Positions 24,369-38,234 of a stretch of DNA of 64,000 bases are shown here, piece after piece. The notes under the pieces were generated by a model. It did not search any database, had not been told where the DNA came from, and saw nothing but the letters and a program-made list of their open reading frames with translations. A program made the position numbers and the translations under genes. Source of the DNA: Octopus sinensis (Eukaryota); the NCBI RefSeq assembly GCF_006345805.1, contig NC_043005.1:98270001-98334000 (forward strand). Direction: 5' to 3'. How positions within the stretch are numbered: the first letter of the stretch is position 1; every line of letters starts with the position of its first letter.

Positions 24369-24895
24369 TATATGTATGTAAGTATGTATGTATGTATGTA
24401 TGTATGTATGTAGTATGTATGTATGTATGTAAATGCATGCATGTATGTATGTATGTATGTATTATGTATGTATGTATGTATGTATGTATGTATTATGTAT
24501 GTATGTATGTTTGTATGTGTGCATACATGCATGCATGTATGCATGTATGTATGTATTATGTATGTATGCATGTATGTATGTTTGTATGTATGTATGTATG
24601 TATGTATGTATGTATGTATGTGTGTGTGTACATGCATGTTTGTGTGTATGTATGTGTGTACATGTATGCATGTATGTATGATGTATGTATGTATATGTGT
24701 ACATGTATGTATGTATGTATGTGTGTACATGCATGTTTATGTGTATGTTTGTGTGTATGTATGTGTGTATGTATGTATGTATGTATGTATGTGTGTATGT
24801 ATGTATGTATGTATGTATGTATGTATGTATCTGTGTATGTATGTGTGTATGTTTGTGTGTATGTATGTATGTATGTGTGTATGTATGTTTGTGTG
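24369..24895. repeat. (TATG)n-type compound microsatellite
   Basis: Direct inspection; accounts for the overlapping MYVC/HTYI ORFs. Confidence 0.95.
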
Positions 24896-25064
24896 TATCC
24901 TTCCCTTGAGATCATGTGATGGTTGTCAATGAGCATCATCCTCATCCAAGTAATGTGTTTGTTTACCCATCTTCCATGAAGAAATATTACTTTGCTTGAA
25001 AACACATTGAGAGGTTTTGTCTAACTCATGCAAGCATGAAAAAGTGGATGTTAAACGAGGATGG

Positions 25065-25248
25065 GTTTTGAGAGCTTTTGTGCCAGTGGCCCATAAAAAG
25101 CACCCGTTACACTCCTGGAGTTGCTGGCTTTAGGGAGGGCATCATGCCAAATCAGACCAGAACTTGGTCAAGCTCTCCAGCTTACCAGTTTCAGTCAAAC
25201 TGTCCAACTCATGCCAGCATGGAAAGCAGATGCTAAATGATGATGATA
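25065..25248 (+). mobile_element. SINE family C (diverged)
   Basis: …AAAAAGCACCCGTTACACTC…CATGCCAGCATGGAAAGCAGATGCTAAATGATGATGAT. Confidence 0.7.
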
Positions 25249-25941
25249 GTATATACATACATATATATATTATATATATATACGTTTTATTTATTATTTT
25301 GCACATTACTTAATCATAGGTATATTTTTTATCTTATATTTAATTTTTCTATCACATGTAATTTTCTAGATGGTGTAATTTAATTTTTCATTTTGAATTG
25401 ATAAAAGGTGTTTTTTTCTAATTTATATATATATATATATTATATTTGTGAAATTTGATTTAGTATTTCTAAATTGAATTTTTCCCTGTAGGTTTGGAAT
25501 AATATTCCCTCAATTATAATTATTATTGATACACACACACACACACACACACACACGTATATGTATGTATGTATGCACATGCACCCATATGCATGCACAC
25601 ATGCACCCACACGCATGCATACATGCACACACACACATGCGCACACACATGCGCACACACATGCGCACACACACGCACACACACACGCACACACACACAC
25701 ACACACAGGTAATCACATAGGTAAAAAACAAAAGTTGGAAAAATAGTATTCAAATGCCAAAGATGGAGCAAAACACTGTTTTATTGAAGCCTAAAGAAAC
25801 TTCACAAACCGTTGCTCAGTTTCAGATAACCAGTCACCTCTACTGTCCAACGGATGGTTATGTGAATCACTGAATAATGATTGTGAAGTTTTTCTTCAGC
25901 TTCACTAAAATAGTACATAAACATATATAATATATATATAT

Positions 25942-26130
25942 AGGGAGAGTTTACGAAAAAAAACAAAAGACGAAGACAGGTGGTGTACAAGACAAACAGA
26001 TGTATTAGTATAATGCTCAGGAATAGAAAAAGTCTTTTATGTTTCGAGCCTACGCTCTTCTACAGAAAGGGACACAGAAAACAAGGAGAGAAAAAAATGT
26101 GTGTAGTGGCTAACGATCTATCATGGCAAA
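25942..26130 (-). mobile_element. Family D element (second subfamily) with variant HHR-like motif at 26034-26069
   Basis: (TA)n|AGGGAGAG start; minus strand CTTT|CTGTAGAA|GAGC-GTAG-GCTC|GAAA|C|ATA|AAAG. Confidence 0.65.
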
Positions 26131-26423
26131 ATTTAATAAGGGTAGAAATTGATATTAATAAATTAAAACCAGTGGCCTAGCATATTTTAAAAAATCCTAA
26201 GATTAAAAAATTTTTTTACATACAAAATTTAGAGGACTGACTCCTAAATAAATTGGACAGCCTATATGCTAGATATAGACGTCAAAATCGCCATTTTCCA
26301 CAAAGAATGTGTTCTCAAGAAAAAATTCAGCAAGATATATATATATATATATATACTGTTGTGTCTGGGGAGAATCATTCATATAAAGAAACTTGCAAAC
26401 CAAATCCAAAAACGAAATATATA

Positions 26424-26472
<49 letters not shown>

Positions 26473-27087
26473 TGTATGTATGTATGTATGTATGCATGCA
26501 TGCATGTATGTATGTATGTATGTTTGTACATCAAGGATCAAGGCAGACAGCACATAAAAGTCAACATTTTTATACAGATCCACACAGACAGAACAGAGGA
26601 AACTCATATGATCAAAAGTGTATAATAAAAGCTGAAGTTTCAAAGTTAGAAAGATTAAAGTAAGCAGATTAAAGTTGACAAATCAAGCCAGACAGAGAAC
26701 AGAAAATGTCAGATCAATAAGGCCAACCACAGTTTATTGTAATATACAGAGTCCATCCTGAAAACAACAAGCCTATGTGATGTCTTCAAAGTGTATTGAT
26801 ATTTCTGTGAGAAAAAGAGACGAAACTAGACCACTGAATGGACATGTTTCTCTGTTTTCAAGTCAAGTTGTATTCATTCTTCATGAGATGTCCGCTGAGA
26901 GAAATCAGTCGTGTTGCACTTAATGACATGACTTTGACTGTAGATAGATTTGTGTGTATGTGTGTGTGCATACAAGAGTGTTTGTCTGCATGTGTGCGTG
27001 TAGATGTACATATGTTATACACACACATGTCTCTGTGTGTGTACAAATATATATGTGTATATATATATATATATTTTTATCTTATAT

Positions 27088-27148
<61 letters not shown>

Positions 27149-27395
27149 TTATCTATATATAATATATATATATATATTATATATTTACTATATATATATA
27201 TTATATCTATATATATATAAAATATCAATCTATCTATATATATCTATATATATGTATATATATATAATATATATCTAATCATCTATATGTATCTATATAT
27301 AGGTATGTATATATGTATATGTATATGTATATATATATGGATTTAGACATACATAGACAAAAAGACAAATAGTAGACGGAGAGATAGATAAATAA

Positions 27396-27453
<58 letters not shown>

Positions 27454-28298
27454 GGATAGATGGATAGATGGATAGATAGGTGGGTGGCTGGATCGATGGA
27501 TCAATGGACAAAGAGAAAACAGACAAATAGATGAGGCAGTGAAGTAATGCAGGAGAGAAAGCCTCGCTGAATCTGTTCCAATTTACTGCACTCTGAGTTT
27601 AGATCTCATGAAGGTCAACTTTGCTTTTCATCCTTTCAGGGTTAATAAGAGATTACTGACCCAGTGCAATGGATTAGCAGTTCTGTTATAGGGTCAGACT
27701 AGACTCCTTGCACTGTCTGGTTTGGCTCTTTGCATTCTGGTAGCAACATCTGGAGAAGGAAGATTTGCATGCATTGACAACTATCTGTCCATCTCAGAAA
27801 ACATTTGGCCCTGGCCTGAGTATACAATGTGCCAAGTAACAGTCAACCTTGATCAACAGGGGCTCTTAAGATGGCAGGGTGGCTGGGTGGCTGACTGGAT
27901 GGATGGCTGAATATGCAATAAAATATCACTTCTACTGTAGTTTTCTGGCTTGTGAGAAGAAATAGATGATGTACTATCAAGGAAAGAGCAGTTGTGATCC
28001 TCTGAGTTGCCTTTGTGACTCTGTTCATTGTTACAATGGCCTTGGTATCTAGGACAGTCTTGGCATAGCACTCACATGTTTTTAATATGGTTGGGTCTTA
28101 ATAAGAAGAAGTCAATATATCTATAGTTTTATTACAAAATGTGTTGAGACTTGACAGTGTGTGGGCAGTTATGTAAATACAAACAGACATATACAAACAG
28201 ACATACATACACACGTACATACATACATACATACATTCACATATACCTACAAATGCATATGTATATATATGTGTGGGTGTGTGTGTGTGTGTGTACAT

Positions 28299-28714
28299 AC
28301 TCTTTTACTCTTTTACTTGTTTCAGTCATTTGACTGTGGCCATGCTGGAGCACCGCCTTTAGTCGAGCAAATCGACCCCGGGACTTATTCTTTGTAAGCC
28401 TAGTACTTATTCTATCGGTCTCTTTTACCGAACTGCTCAGTAATGGGGTCGTAAACACACCAGCATCGGGTGTCAAGCAATGCTAGGGAGACAAACACAG
28501 ACACACAAACACACACACACATACATACATATATATATATATACATATATACGACAGGCTTCTTTCAGTTTCCGTCTACCAAATCCACTCACAAGGCATT
28601 GGTCAGCCCGAGGCTATAGTAGAAGACACTTGCCCAAGGTGCCACGCAGTGTGACTGAACCTGGAACCATGTCGTTGGTTAGCAAGCTACTTACCACACA
28701 GCCACTCCTGCGCC
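28299..28714 (-). mobile_element. SINE family A
   Basis: Homology to 21325-21741. Confidence 0.9.
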
Positions 28715-28781
28715 ATACACAGCCACATATATATATATATATATATAGGTGAGAAAGTTATATATATATATATATATATAC

Positions 28782-28950
28782 AGGTGCAGGAGTGGCTGTG
28801 TGGTAAGTAACTTGCTTACCAACAACATGGTTCTGGTTTCAGTCCAACTGTGTGGCACCACCTTGGGGAAGTGTCTTCTACTATAGCCTTGGGCCAACCA
28901 AAGACTTGTAAGTGGATTTGGTAGACGGAATCTGAAAAAAGCCCGCTGTA
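28782..28950 (+). mobile_element. SINE family A 5' half, head-to-head with the previous copy
   Basis: AGGTGCAGGAGTGGCTGTGTGGTAAG…GAAAAAAGCCCG. Confidence 0.8.
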
Positions 28951-28959
28951 TATATGTAT

Positions 28960-29240
28960 ATCATCATCATCATCGTTTAACGTCCGTTTTCCATGCTAGC
29001 ATGGGTTGGACGGTTCGATCGGGGTCTAGGAAGCCAGGAGGCTGCACCAGGCTCTAGTCTGATCTGGCAGTGTTTCTACAGCTGGATGCCCTTCCTAATG
29101 CCAACCACTCCGTGAGTGTAGTGGGTGCTTTTTACATGCCACCAGCACAGGTGCCACTGGTGGCTGGGAACGGCCATGATCGGTTGGTGCTTATTACGTG
29201 CCACTGGCACGGAAGCTGGTGAAGCTGGTGCTGGCATCGA
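28960..29240 (-). mobile_element. SINE family C
   Basis: (CAT)n tail followed by the conserved body. Confidence 0.8.
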
Positions 29241-29569
29241 CCACACGTATATACATACATACATACATATATATATATATACATACATGGAAACATACAA
29301 ATGTATATGCATATATTCATACATACAGATACATACAGATACATATGTGCAAATGTATATACTTATAAACACATATACATTCTCCTTGTATGTAGTAGTT
29401 TACAATGATACTACTATACCAGTTATTAGGTATGGTTCCCTCTCGTATAACTGGATTTACTACCTAGGGTCCAGCTCATGCCTGCATGGTAAGTAAACGT
29501 TAAATGATGATGGTGACGATGATGATGATGATGATGACGATGATGGTGATGGCGGTGGTAATCCTCCAC

Positions 29570-29785
29570 TCTATCTCACAAGATATTTTGAGCATCTCTG
29601 TAACTGTCTCCAGATAGACATGCAGCTTTCCTAATTCCCATTTCCTTGATTGCCTTATCTACCATGCTGCTGCTGTCAATTTGAATTCCTGATTCTGCTG
29701 TAGGGGCAGCACAAGGAACCACCTCTTCATCCCATGTGTTCTCCACATTCAACAGCCTCTCATAATAGCATTTCCATGCCACTTA
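29570..29785 (-). mobile_element. RTE-clade LINE internal fragment
   Basis: [16 protein letters not shown]…MVDKAIKEMGIRKAACLSG resembles the W..HYE.LLN…KA.GPSG linker preceding the RT. Confidence 0.65.
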
Positions 29786-31400
29786 CTTTTCTTCCATATC
29801 AGTGATATATATATATACATACATACATACATACATAATACATACATAAATACATACATATAATATATGTATGTGTGTGTGTGTGTGTGTTGTATATATA
29901 ACATATATGAATGTATATATAATATATATATAACTATATATGTATATATATATATATCTGTATGCGTATATATATATATATATGTATTTATGTATGTGTA
30001 TATATATCTATATCTATATATATATATATGTATATATATGTATGTATATATAGATGTATACATATATGTATATATATATATGTATATATATGTATATATG
30101 TATATATATATATATATATGTATATATATGTATGTATATATGTATATATATATGTGTGTGTGTGTATATATATGTATGCATATGTGTGTGTTTGCTTGTG
30201 CACTTGTATAAATATGTACATGCATACATATGCACACACAAACACACACACACACACACACACATGCACATACACACACACATACACACAGATGTATGTG
30301 TATAGAGAAATATATGTGTGCAGATATGAACAACACAAAGAAGTAATATCAGACGAGTTAGGAAATATGGTGAAAGAAAAGTATTTAGTGCATCATGAAG
30401 TGATTGTTGTGATTCTGCAGGTACTGGTGCTGGTCTGTCTGTAGATATTTCAGTGCGTGTGCACGTGTGTGTGTGTGTGTGTGTATTAATTTTATCACAT
30501 CTTTTGTTTCTCTAATAGCTTCCATTAAGCTCACAACAATGGTCAGCAGTGAGTGACTTCGGCTGTCGCTGAGGACCAGACTCAATAGCCATATCAACAA
30601 CAACAACAACAAAAACTACAACAAGAACGACATCAAAAACAAAAGTAACAACAAAGGCAACAAAGCTACATCAATGAAGATGATGATGTTGAAATTTACT
30701 ATTGATAATAATAATAATAATAACAATAACAATAACAATAATAATAATAATATAATAATAATAATAATGATGATGATGATGATGATGATGATGATAATAA
30801 TAATAATAATGATAATAATAATAATAATTGACATCGATGTTATTATTGTTATTGTTATTGTCACCATCATCATCATCATCATTGTCATCATCATCGTCAC
30901 CATCATCATCATCATCATTGTCATCATCATCGTCATCATCATCATCATCATAGCCATGTGAGCATCAGACAAAACGTCTTGTGGCATTTCTTCAGGTTTT
31001 TAATGTTCTTAATTCAAATTCCATTGTAGTTAACTTTACATTTCATTCTTCCGGGTCTGGTCAAGATGAAATACTAGTTAAATACAGGGGTCGATTTCCT
31101 TGACTAGCCCCTCCCAAACCTGTGTTGAGACTCTTGGTTTAGTGGTCAGGGTATTGGATTCATGATCGTAAAAGTGTGGTTTCAGTTCCTGGACCAGGCA
31201 TTGTGCTTTTGTACAAAACACTTCATTTCATGTTGCTCCTGTCCACTCAACTAGCAAAAATTAGTAATCCTGTGTCCCAACTGGGTAAGGAATACATTTG
31301 CCATGGAAACAGGGAAACTGGGCCTTATTAGTTGGTATGACTTGAGAGAGAAACTTTACCTTTTTTCACTTCTCCCTAGCCATTTCTAGCCTTGTAATAT

Positions 31401-31500
31401 ATCACTTTATACTCATCAGAGTTAGCTGATATGGAAGGGAATATGGTGACATCACCATATTTCCTTGCATATTGGCTAACTTTGATGAGCGTAAAGTTAT
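31401..31500. repeat. 100-bp hairpin (2-nt loop) overlapping a decayed HHR-like motif
   Basis: Arms 31401-31449 and 31452-31500; right arm TTGATGA|GCGTAAAG…CTTTACGC (8-bp stem to 31542). Confidence 0.75.
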
Positions 31501-31828
31501 GTAAGCAGTTTGTTACCTAACACTCCACTGTATTCTTTACGCAAAGCCTATTGGTGAGACCAGCTGTGATGATACTATACATTTCGGATAATATACCCAC
31601 TCTACTGACAGATATATGAGTGGATCTTTTCCCTAACTTATTGTCTCTTAGACGACTAACATTTATACATATATATCATATTTTAACGTGTATAAGGAAC
31701 CCATTTTTGCCAAAAATTAGGTTAAAAGAATATGGTAGTTTCTTATACATGGATAGTATTATAATCCCTTACAAAACCTTTTTCCAAATTTTAAGCCCCA
31801 ATATACATGTTAAAATATGATATATATA

Positions 31829-32130
31829 TATAAGAAAAAGAAAATGGAAAAATTAACATATAGACTTCAATTTATTAGAACATAATACAATTCTGAACGA
31901 AATCAAACTCAGTTTCACCTACAATTGTTTCCATGCCACACTGATTTGAGAAATTGAATTAAATTAAATTAAATTTCCAAATATTAAATTTGATTTAATT
32001 TAATTTCTCAAATTAATTGGGCATGGAAATGTCCAATTATAGGTGAAATTGAGTTTGATATCGTTCAGAATTGTATTATGTTCAAATAAATTGAAGTCTA
32101 TATGTCAATTTCTCCATTGTTTTTCTCATA
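31829..32130. repeat. Diverged palindrome of about 300 bp adjacent to the PLE 3' end
   Basis: Arms pair around a loop at 31977-31985; minus-strand GAAACAATTGTA at 31920-31931. Confidence 0.8.
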
Positions 32131-32224
32131 CATAAAAATTAGTACACCCATATCCATCAATGCAAAGCTAACATCTTTGGTTTTTCACTGATACACTGGA
32201 TAAAACTAGGGAACTTGGATGCTG

Positions 32225-33310
32225 ACATCCATTTAAGAGGATTTATATCCTTGATTTAATTGTGTGTGTGTGTGTGTGTGAGTGTGTAAATTTAACTACT
32301 GTTCTACAGAAATTGTTTCATTGCATTTGGTGTATGAGGAAAATTTTGAAGTTTGGTTCAAAATTCCCTCTATATCTCTCAATGTGCTCACTCAATAGTA
32401 TTTGTCTATATCTTGGGAAATGGATTTTCTCCTTATGAAGTATTGTTCTCAATCTGAGAGGCATTCTTGTTCATCCTATATAGCTACATCTACAACCTGA
32501 TCTAGTTATGATATAGATTATGTTTTTGGATGCACAGGTAAAGTTAATCTTGATTTTGAAATTTTGACCTTGTTTAAAATGGAATTTTGAACCTTCCAGT
32601 ATGTTGAAAATATTCCCCATTTAGGTCCCCTGGATGTTTTAACTCTTGGTTTTGTTGTTGTTGTTGGGTATAATTTCAAACCTGTAAGTATTCTCCTTAT
32701 TTTAGTTGGATTTTAATTGTTTATTTTACTTTTAATGATTTTGTGTGTGTAGAATTTGGTCCATCTTTGAGTCCCTAGTGAGCGTGGGTAAATTTTGAAT
32801 AATAGCGTTATATGCCTCATTGTTTCTACAGTTGTGGATAGAAATATAGAGTAGTATTTTCCAATCAGGCATGTGATTTTGTTTCATTCCCTTAGTGTTT
32901 GGATATCAATTCTCTTCAAATATTGCATCCCATCATCTGTTAGTGAAAGTAGACAATGTCTCTCAATGAGAATGGTTTTAAGTTCATGATGTCATAGATC
33001 CTAGGTATTTGCACCAGACACTATTGTGCACACCTGCTTGGCTAAATTGAAGGGAATGCTTATCTTTATGTCTTTCAGGTGGCATCAGTTAAATAGTAGG
33101 TATTGCTTCAAATTTGCAGTTTCAATTTGGATATTGACTTTTCTTATTAAAATATGAAATGGAACTTTCTTTTGCTGTATTGAATGTTAGTATTTGTATC
33201 ACTGAGCAGTGTTTTAAATTTCAATATTTTATCAATACTTTCATTCCAAAGGATAAAGCAGTCATCTGGATATCTTTTCCAGTTCTCTCTTATATATGAA
33301 GCTACATATA
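32225..33310 (-). mobile_element. Decayed Penelope-like element: RT C-terminal half plus GIY-YIG endonuclease
   Basis: WKRYPDDCFILWNESIDK; KQYLLFN*CH…ISIPFNLAKQVCTIVS; FTCASKNIIYIITRSGCRCSYIG*TRMPLRLR (IIY at 32513-32521, YIG at 32474-32482); stops and frameshifts present. Confidence 0.85.
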
Positions 33311-33380
33311 TATTTTTGCATATATGCATACATACATACAAACATACATACATACATACATACATACATACATACATACA

Positions 33381-33413
<33 letters not shown>

Positions 33414-33568
33414 GCACACATACATGCAAGCATGCATACATACATATCTATGTGTGTTTGTGTGTGTTATATATGTGTGTGTGTTATGTGTGTACATATA
33501 TTCATACACATACACTCACACACATACATATGTGTATGTGTGTGTGCATGTTTGTATATATATATATA

Positions 33569-34835
33569 CAAGGTGTGGTGAATAAATTGTCATCCAAATT
33601 ATGCAAAAATGAAAATAACAGTGACATCTCATTTTAACAGATATATTTACCAAAATTACATAAAAATATCCTGAAATATTAAAGAGTAAATTTATTCAAT
33701 AAAATCGCCTTTGGCTTTAACCACGGCCTCCTCCAGATGATTTCAGAATTTCCTGCAACTCTTCTGGATGATCTCCTCATTTAAGTTGGTAAATGCTGCC
33801 ATAATCCCGTACATTCAGTTCATCTTTGGTGTTACAAGGTGATTTTGGGTCTCTTGCTCAACTGTACCCCACACATAATAATCAAGGAGGTTGCAGTCTG
33901 GGGAGTTAGGTGGCAAGATGTTAGGGGAGATGTGGTTGCAGAAATTGTCTGACAGCCATGACTGGGTTCTCCTGTTTGTGTGGAATGGTACAGAGTCCTG
34001 TTGTCAGACAAGGTGTTCCATCAGCCAACCTCTTCATCCAGACTAGCACTACTGCCTCCAGGCACTTGATATAAGCCTCTGTTTTGAGTCTGAGGCTATG
34101 TGGGAAGATGAATGGAGACATAACATCACCATCACTAGTGATCACTCCAAACACCATGATGTTGACTGGATGTTTGATCTTTATCACTTTCGGTACATGT
34201 TTTAGGGACATAGCAAGCCAATGGTTGTTCTGTGTGTTCACCATCTGATCCTGACAGAAAAATTTTCTCGTCTGAGAAATACCAAAGCATGTTCAGCTGG
34301 AGGGGGTGCTTGAGTCTGTTCAAAAGCTTCGTAGTTTGGTCTTTCTTCTTGTCCTTCATGGCTTGGGATAAAAATTGGCCCTTTCTAATCTTGTATGAGG
34401 AATACCAAATGTCTTCATGCTCTACCCCACTGATACGAAACTCAGACACTCTCATGTCTCTGGCTGACTTGGAAGGATCATTGTCAATTATGGCCTGGAT
34501 CTCACCAACAAATTCTGGAGTTCCTTTCCAAGCTGCCATACCTTCATAATCACCATTAGACTCATCCAACCCTTTCCAAATCCTCTGTACTGTCCTCAGA
34601 TTGACAACCAAACACTCTGAAATGTTTGTATTGGAGCTTCCAGTGTAAATGCCAAGCAGTACAGCATGTCGTTTCCAAATTTCTGGCAGAGTGAATTGCA
34701 TCATAATGCTGTTTTTCTCACAGATGGTGCCCAACTGATCCTACTATACTGTGTAGTTGGCAAAATCAAAAACAAATAATGCACATGTGCAAAATTAAAA
34801 ATACAAAATTGTAACAATTTAACCATCACACCCTA
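33569..34835 (-). mobile_element. Decayed Tc1/mariner transposon, DD37D (maT-like), copy 2
   Basis: TIR CAAGGTGTGGTGAATAAATTGT… / …ACAATTTAACCATCACACCCTA in TA context; WYFSDEK, QQDSVPFH, and with one frameshift PPNS(P)DCNLLDYYVW, giving 37 residues between the second and third D. Confidence 0.85.
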
Positions 34836-34854
34836 TATATATAATATATATATA

Positions 34855-34920
<66 letters not shown>

Positions 34921-35682
34921 CACACACACACATACATACATACATATATATGTTATATGGAAAACATAACTGTTCCAATTTAATCTTTTATATTAAACTT
35001 CCATTTTATATCCTTTTCTAAAATTCTTAAAGCCTCTAAATTCAGTTCTATTGAAGCTTCTAAACTGTCTCAGCCTCATCAACAGGATATGGGGTGGTGT
35101 TAGCTTCTTTACAGCCTCTTTTGTTGTAGGTGAATCTTGTTTATGCAGACTTTACTGCTAGAATTTTACTAATAGAATTACACATCATCAACATGAATAT
35201 CGTTTGCATGTTAATTTTAGTTGTGTGTTGTGATATGAATATTGCTTCCATAATTAATCATCTCATTTTGTGGAAAATCCTATACAGCATCTATGTCTTC
35301 TCTGTTGATATTTTACTGTATGGTGTTGTTGTTTAGTGTTTGGTGCAGTGTGCTGCAATTGATTCTTTCCATCATCGTGGTTGTCATCACCATTGTCGTC
35401 GTCATCGTCGTTGTCATCACATGTGTGTGCATGTATGTGTGTGTGTATGAATGTGTGTATGTATGTGTGTGTGTTTATATATAAGCAGATCTATCCATCT
35501 GTCATTTCATACATGCGTGTGTATGTATGTGCATGTGCATATGTATATATGCATATGTGTGTATATATATACACACACACACATATGTGCATACATGGAT
35601 AGATATATTCTATACATACATGCATATATATATATATATTATACACACACACAAATATATATAGTATATATATATATATATA

Positions 35683-35717
<35 letters not shown>

Positions 35718-36012
35718 ATATATACATATATTATATATATACATACATACAGACAGACAGACATATATATATCTATATGCGTACATATACATATACATAT
35801 ATATGTGTATCTATACATATATATATATATATATATACATATATATACACACACAAATATATATATATATATATACAGACAGACAGACAGACAGACATAT
35901 ATATCTATGTACATACATATACATATATACATATATATGTATCTATACATATATATACATATATATATATATACATATATATACATATATATGTATCTAT
36001 ACATATATATAC

Positions 36013-36046
<34 letters not shown>

Positions 36047-36226
36047 CATCATCATCATCATCATCGCTTAACATCCGCTTTCCATGCTAGCATGGGTTGG
36101 ACGATTTTGACTGAGGGCTGTCGAACCAGATGGCTGCACCAGGCTCCAATCTTGATCTGGCAGAGTTTCTACAGCTGGATGCCCTTCCTAATGCCAACCA
36201 CTCCGAGAGTGTAGTGGGTGCTTTTT
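36047..36226 (-). mobile_element. SINE family C
   Basis: (CAT)n tail followed by the body. Confidence 0.8.
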
Positions 36227-36437
36227 ATATATATACACATACATATATATTCCTATCCGTGTGGAAGTTGAACCCACATACTTTTGTTAATGTGTGTTAC
36301 CTGTACACCAGCGAATCAGCCTCCCCATTTCTGTCAAATTTAAGAACTATAATAGTTTGCTTGTTTTTATGTAAACAAACTTTTTATATGCTTTCAGTGC
36401 GATTGTTTTTTTTATTATACAGTACTGAGTTTACAAT

Positions 36438-36476
<39 letters not shown>

Positions 36477-36481
36477 TACAT

Positions 36482-36910
36482 AAGCCAGATTGACTACCTT
36501 CTCTCCAGGTAATGAGATACATGGATGCTTAAAAATGCAAAGTCTTTCCCAGGTGAAGAGTGTACAACCCAACATACGTTACTAGTTATCGACTTCTGAA
36601 TTAGAGTTAGAAAGACCTGGGAAAATAAGCCAATCTGGAAAGACTATGAAAGCTTAAAGACCCAGTGAACAGACAAAATTTTGAGATTTGCTAATGGAAG
36701 CTTCTGATGAAAGAGAGAAAGAGTTGGGGACATATACCTTAGAGGACAACTGGAATTCTTGAGGGACAATCTACTGAGGGCTACAGCTGAAATTTGTGGC
36801 TGGTGCAGAGTCCCAGCTAGACCAAAGGTGATGGTGGAGCAAGGGGGTTGACAGTATTATAAAAGCAACGAGACAAGCCTGGAAGGAATGGAAAAATGGT
36901 GGAAACAGTC
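36482..36910 (+). mobile_element. RTE-clade LINE fragment (end of APE endonuclease plus linker)
   Basis: Degenerate (S)QIDYLL…KSFPGEECTTQH.LLVIDF and LRDNLLRAT.EICGWCRVPARPK…RQAWKEWKNGG. Confidence 0.7.
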
Positions 36911-37196
36911 AATGGAACAGCCATCTCATGAAATTAATGTGCAAGAGGCTGAGCATTCCACACACACATGTATGCTTAACATAGTTCTCAGGGAAATGCA
37001 TTGTGACACAGAGTGTGACTAGGCTGGTCCTTTGAAATACAGGTACTACTCATTTTTGCCAGCTGAGTGGACTGGAGCAATGTGAAATAAAAGTATCTTG
37101 GTGAAGGATACAATGCATCACTGGAAATTGAACTTATAATGGTAAGCTGAAGGCCCCTAACCACTAAGCCACATGCCTCCATGTAATATATATGTG

Positions 37197-37230
<34 letters not shown>

Positions 37231-37232
<2 letters not shown>

Positions 37233-37452
37233 TGTTGCCAGTACCGCCTGACTGGCCCTTGTGCCAGTGGCATGTAAAAGCACCCACTACACTCTCGGAG
37301 TGGTTGGCATTAGGAAGGGCATCCAGCTGTAGAAACTCTGCCAGATCAGATTGGAGCCTGGTGCAGCCATCTGGTTCGCCAGTTCCCAGTCAAACCGTCC
37401 AACCCATGCCACCATGGAAAGTGGACATTAAACAATGATGATGATGATGATG

Positions 37453-37455
<3 letters not shown>
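37231..37455 (+). mobile_element. SINE family C
   Basis: Conserved body and (GAT)n tail. Confidence 0.8.
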
Positions 37456-37490
<35 letters not shown>

Positions 37491-38001
37491 TACATATGTG
37501 TGTTTATGTTTCCTTGCCTTACCATTGTGAAGTATTTGTAAGTGAGTGACACCATCTCACAAGCATTGTTGTTTGTTTCATGTCCTCCATAAAAACATAT
37601 CCGGCTTTGGAGAAATATTACCTCGCTTAGAATTAGATGAAGGTTGGCAGCAAGAAAGGAATCTGTCTATTGAAAATCTGCTTCCAGAAATTCCATCTGT
37701 TCAATGCAGTGTCTTCTATTAGCCTTGCATTGGCCAATTCTTTGTGAATTGGAATTTGTTAACAGGAAACTGTGCAGAGGCTGTTGCATAAATGTGTGAG
37801 TGGGTGTGTTTTGCTTATGTAAGCATTGATATAAAAATCATTGATCTCTATATGGTGTCTGTTTAACTTAGCAGTTTGACAAATAGATTTTAATTAGCAG
37901 GGAGTGCTTCAGCATGGCCACTGACCTATGGGTGGAACCAATAAAAGAGTAAAATAATTTAGACGTGTGTGTACATGTTCACATGTATTTATGTGTGTAT
38001 G

Positions 38002-38234
38002 AAGGTGGCGAGCTGGCAGAAACGTTAGCACGCTGGGTGTAATACTTAGCGGTATTTCGTCTGCCGTTAAGTTCTGAGTTCAAATTCTGCTGAGGTCGAC
38101 TTTGCCTTTCACCCTTTCGGGGTCAATTAAATAAGTACCAGTTACACACTGGGGTCGATGTAATCGATTTAATCCGTTCATCTGTCCTTGTTTGTCCTCT
38201 CTGTGTTTAGCCCCTTGTGGGTAGTAAAGAAATA
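38002..38234 (+). mobile_element. SINE family B, full-length
   Basis: AAGGTGGCGAGCTGGCAGAA…GAGTTCAAATTC (B-box-like)…GGTCGACTTTGCCTTT…. Confidence 0.85.

Noticed and set aside
26810-26900. Minus-strand GAAACAUGUC palindromic module
   Set aside because: No CUGANGA with a matching stem I upstream.
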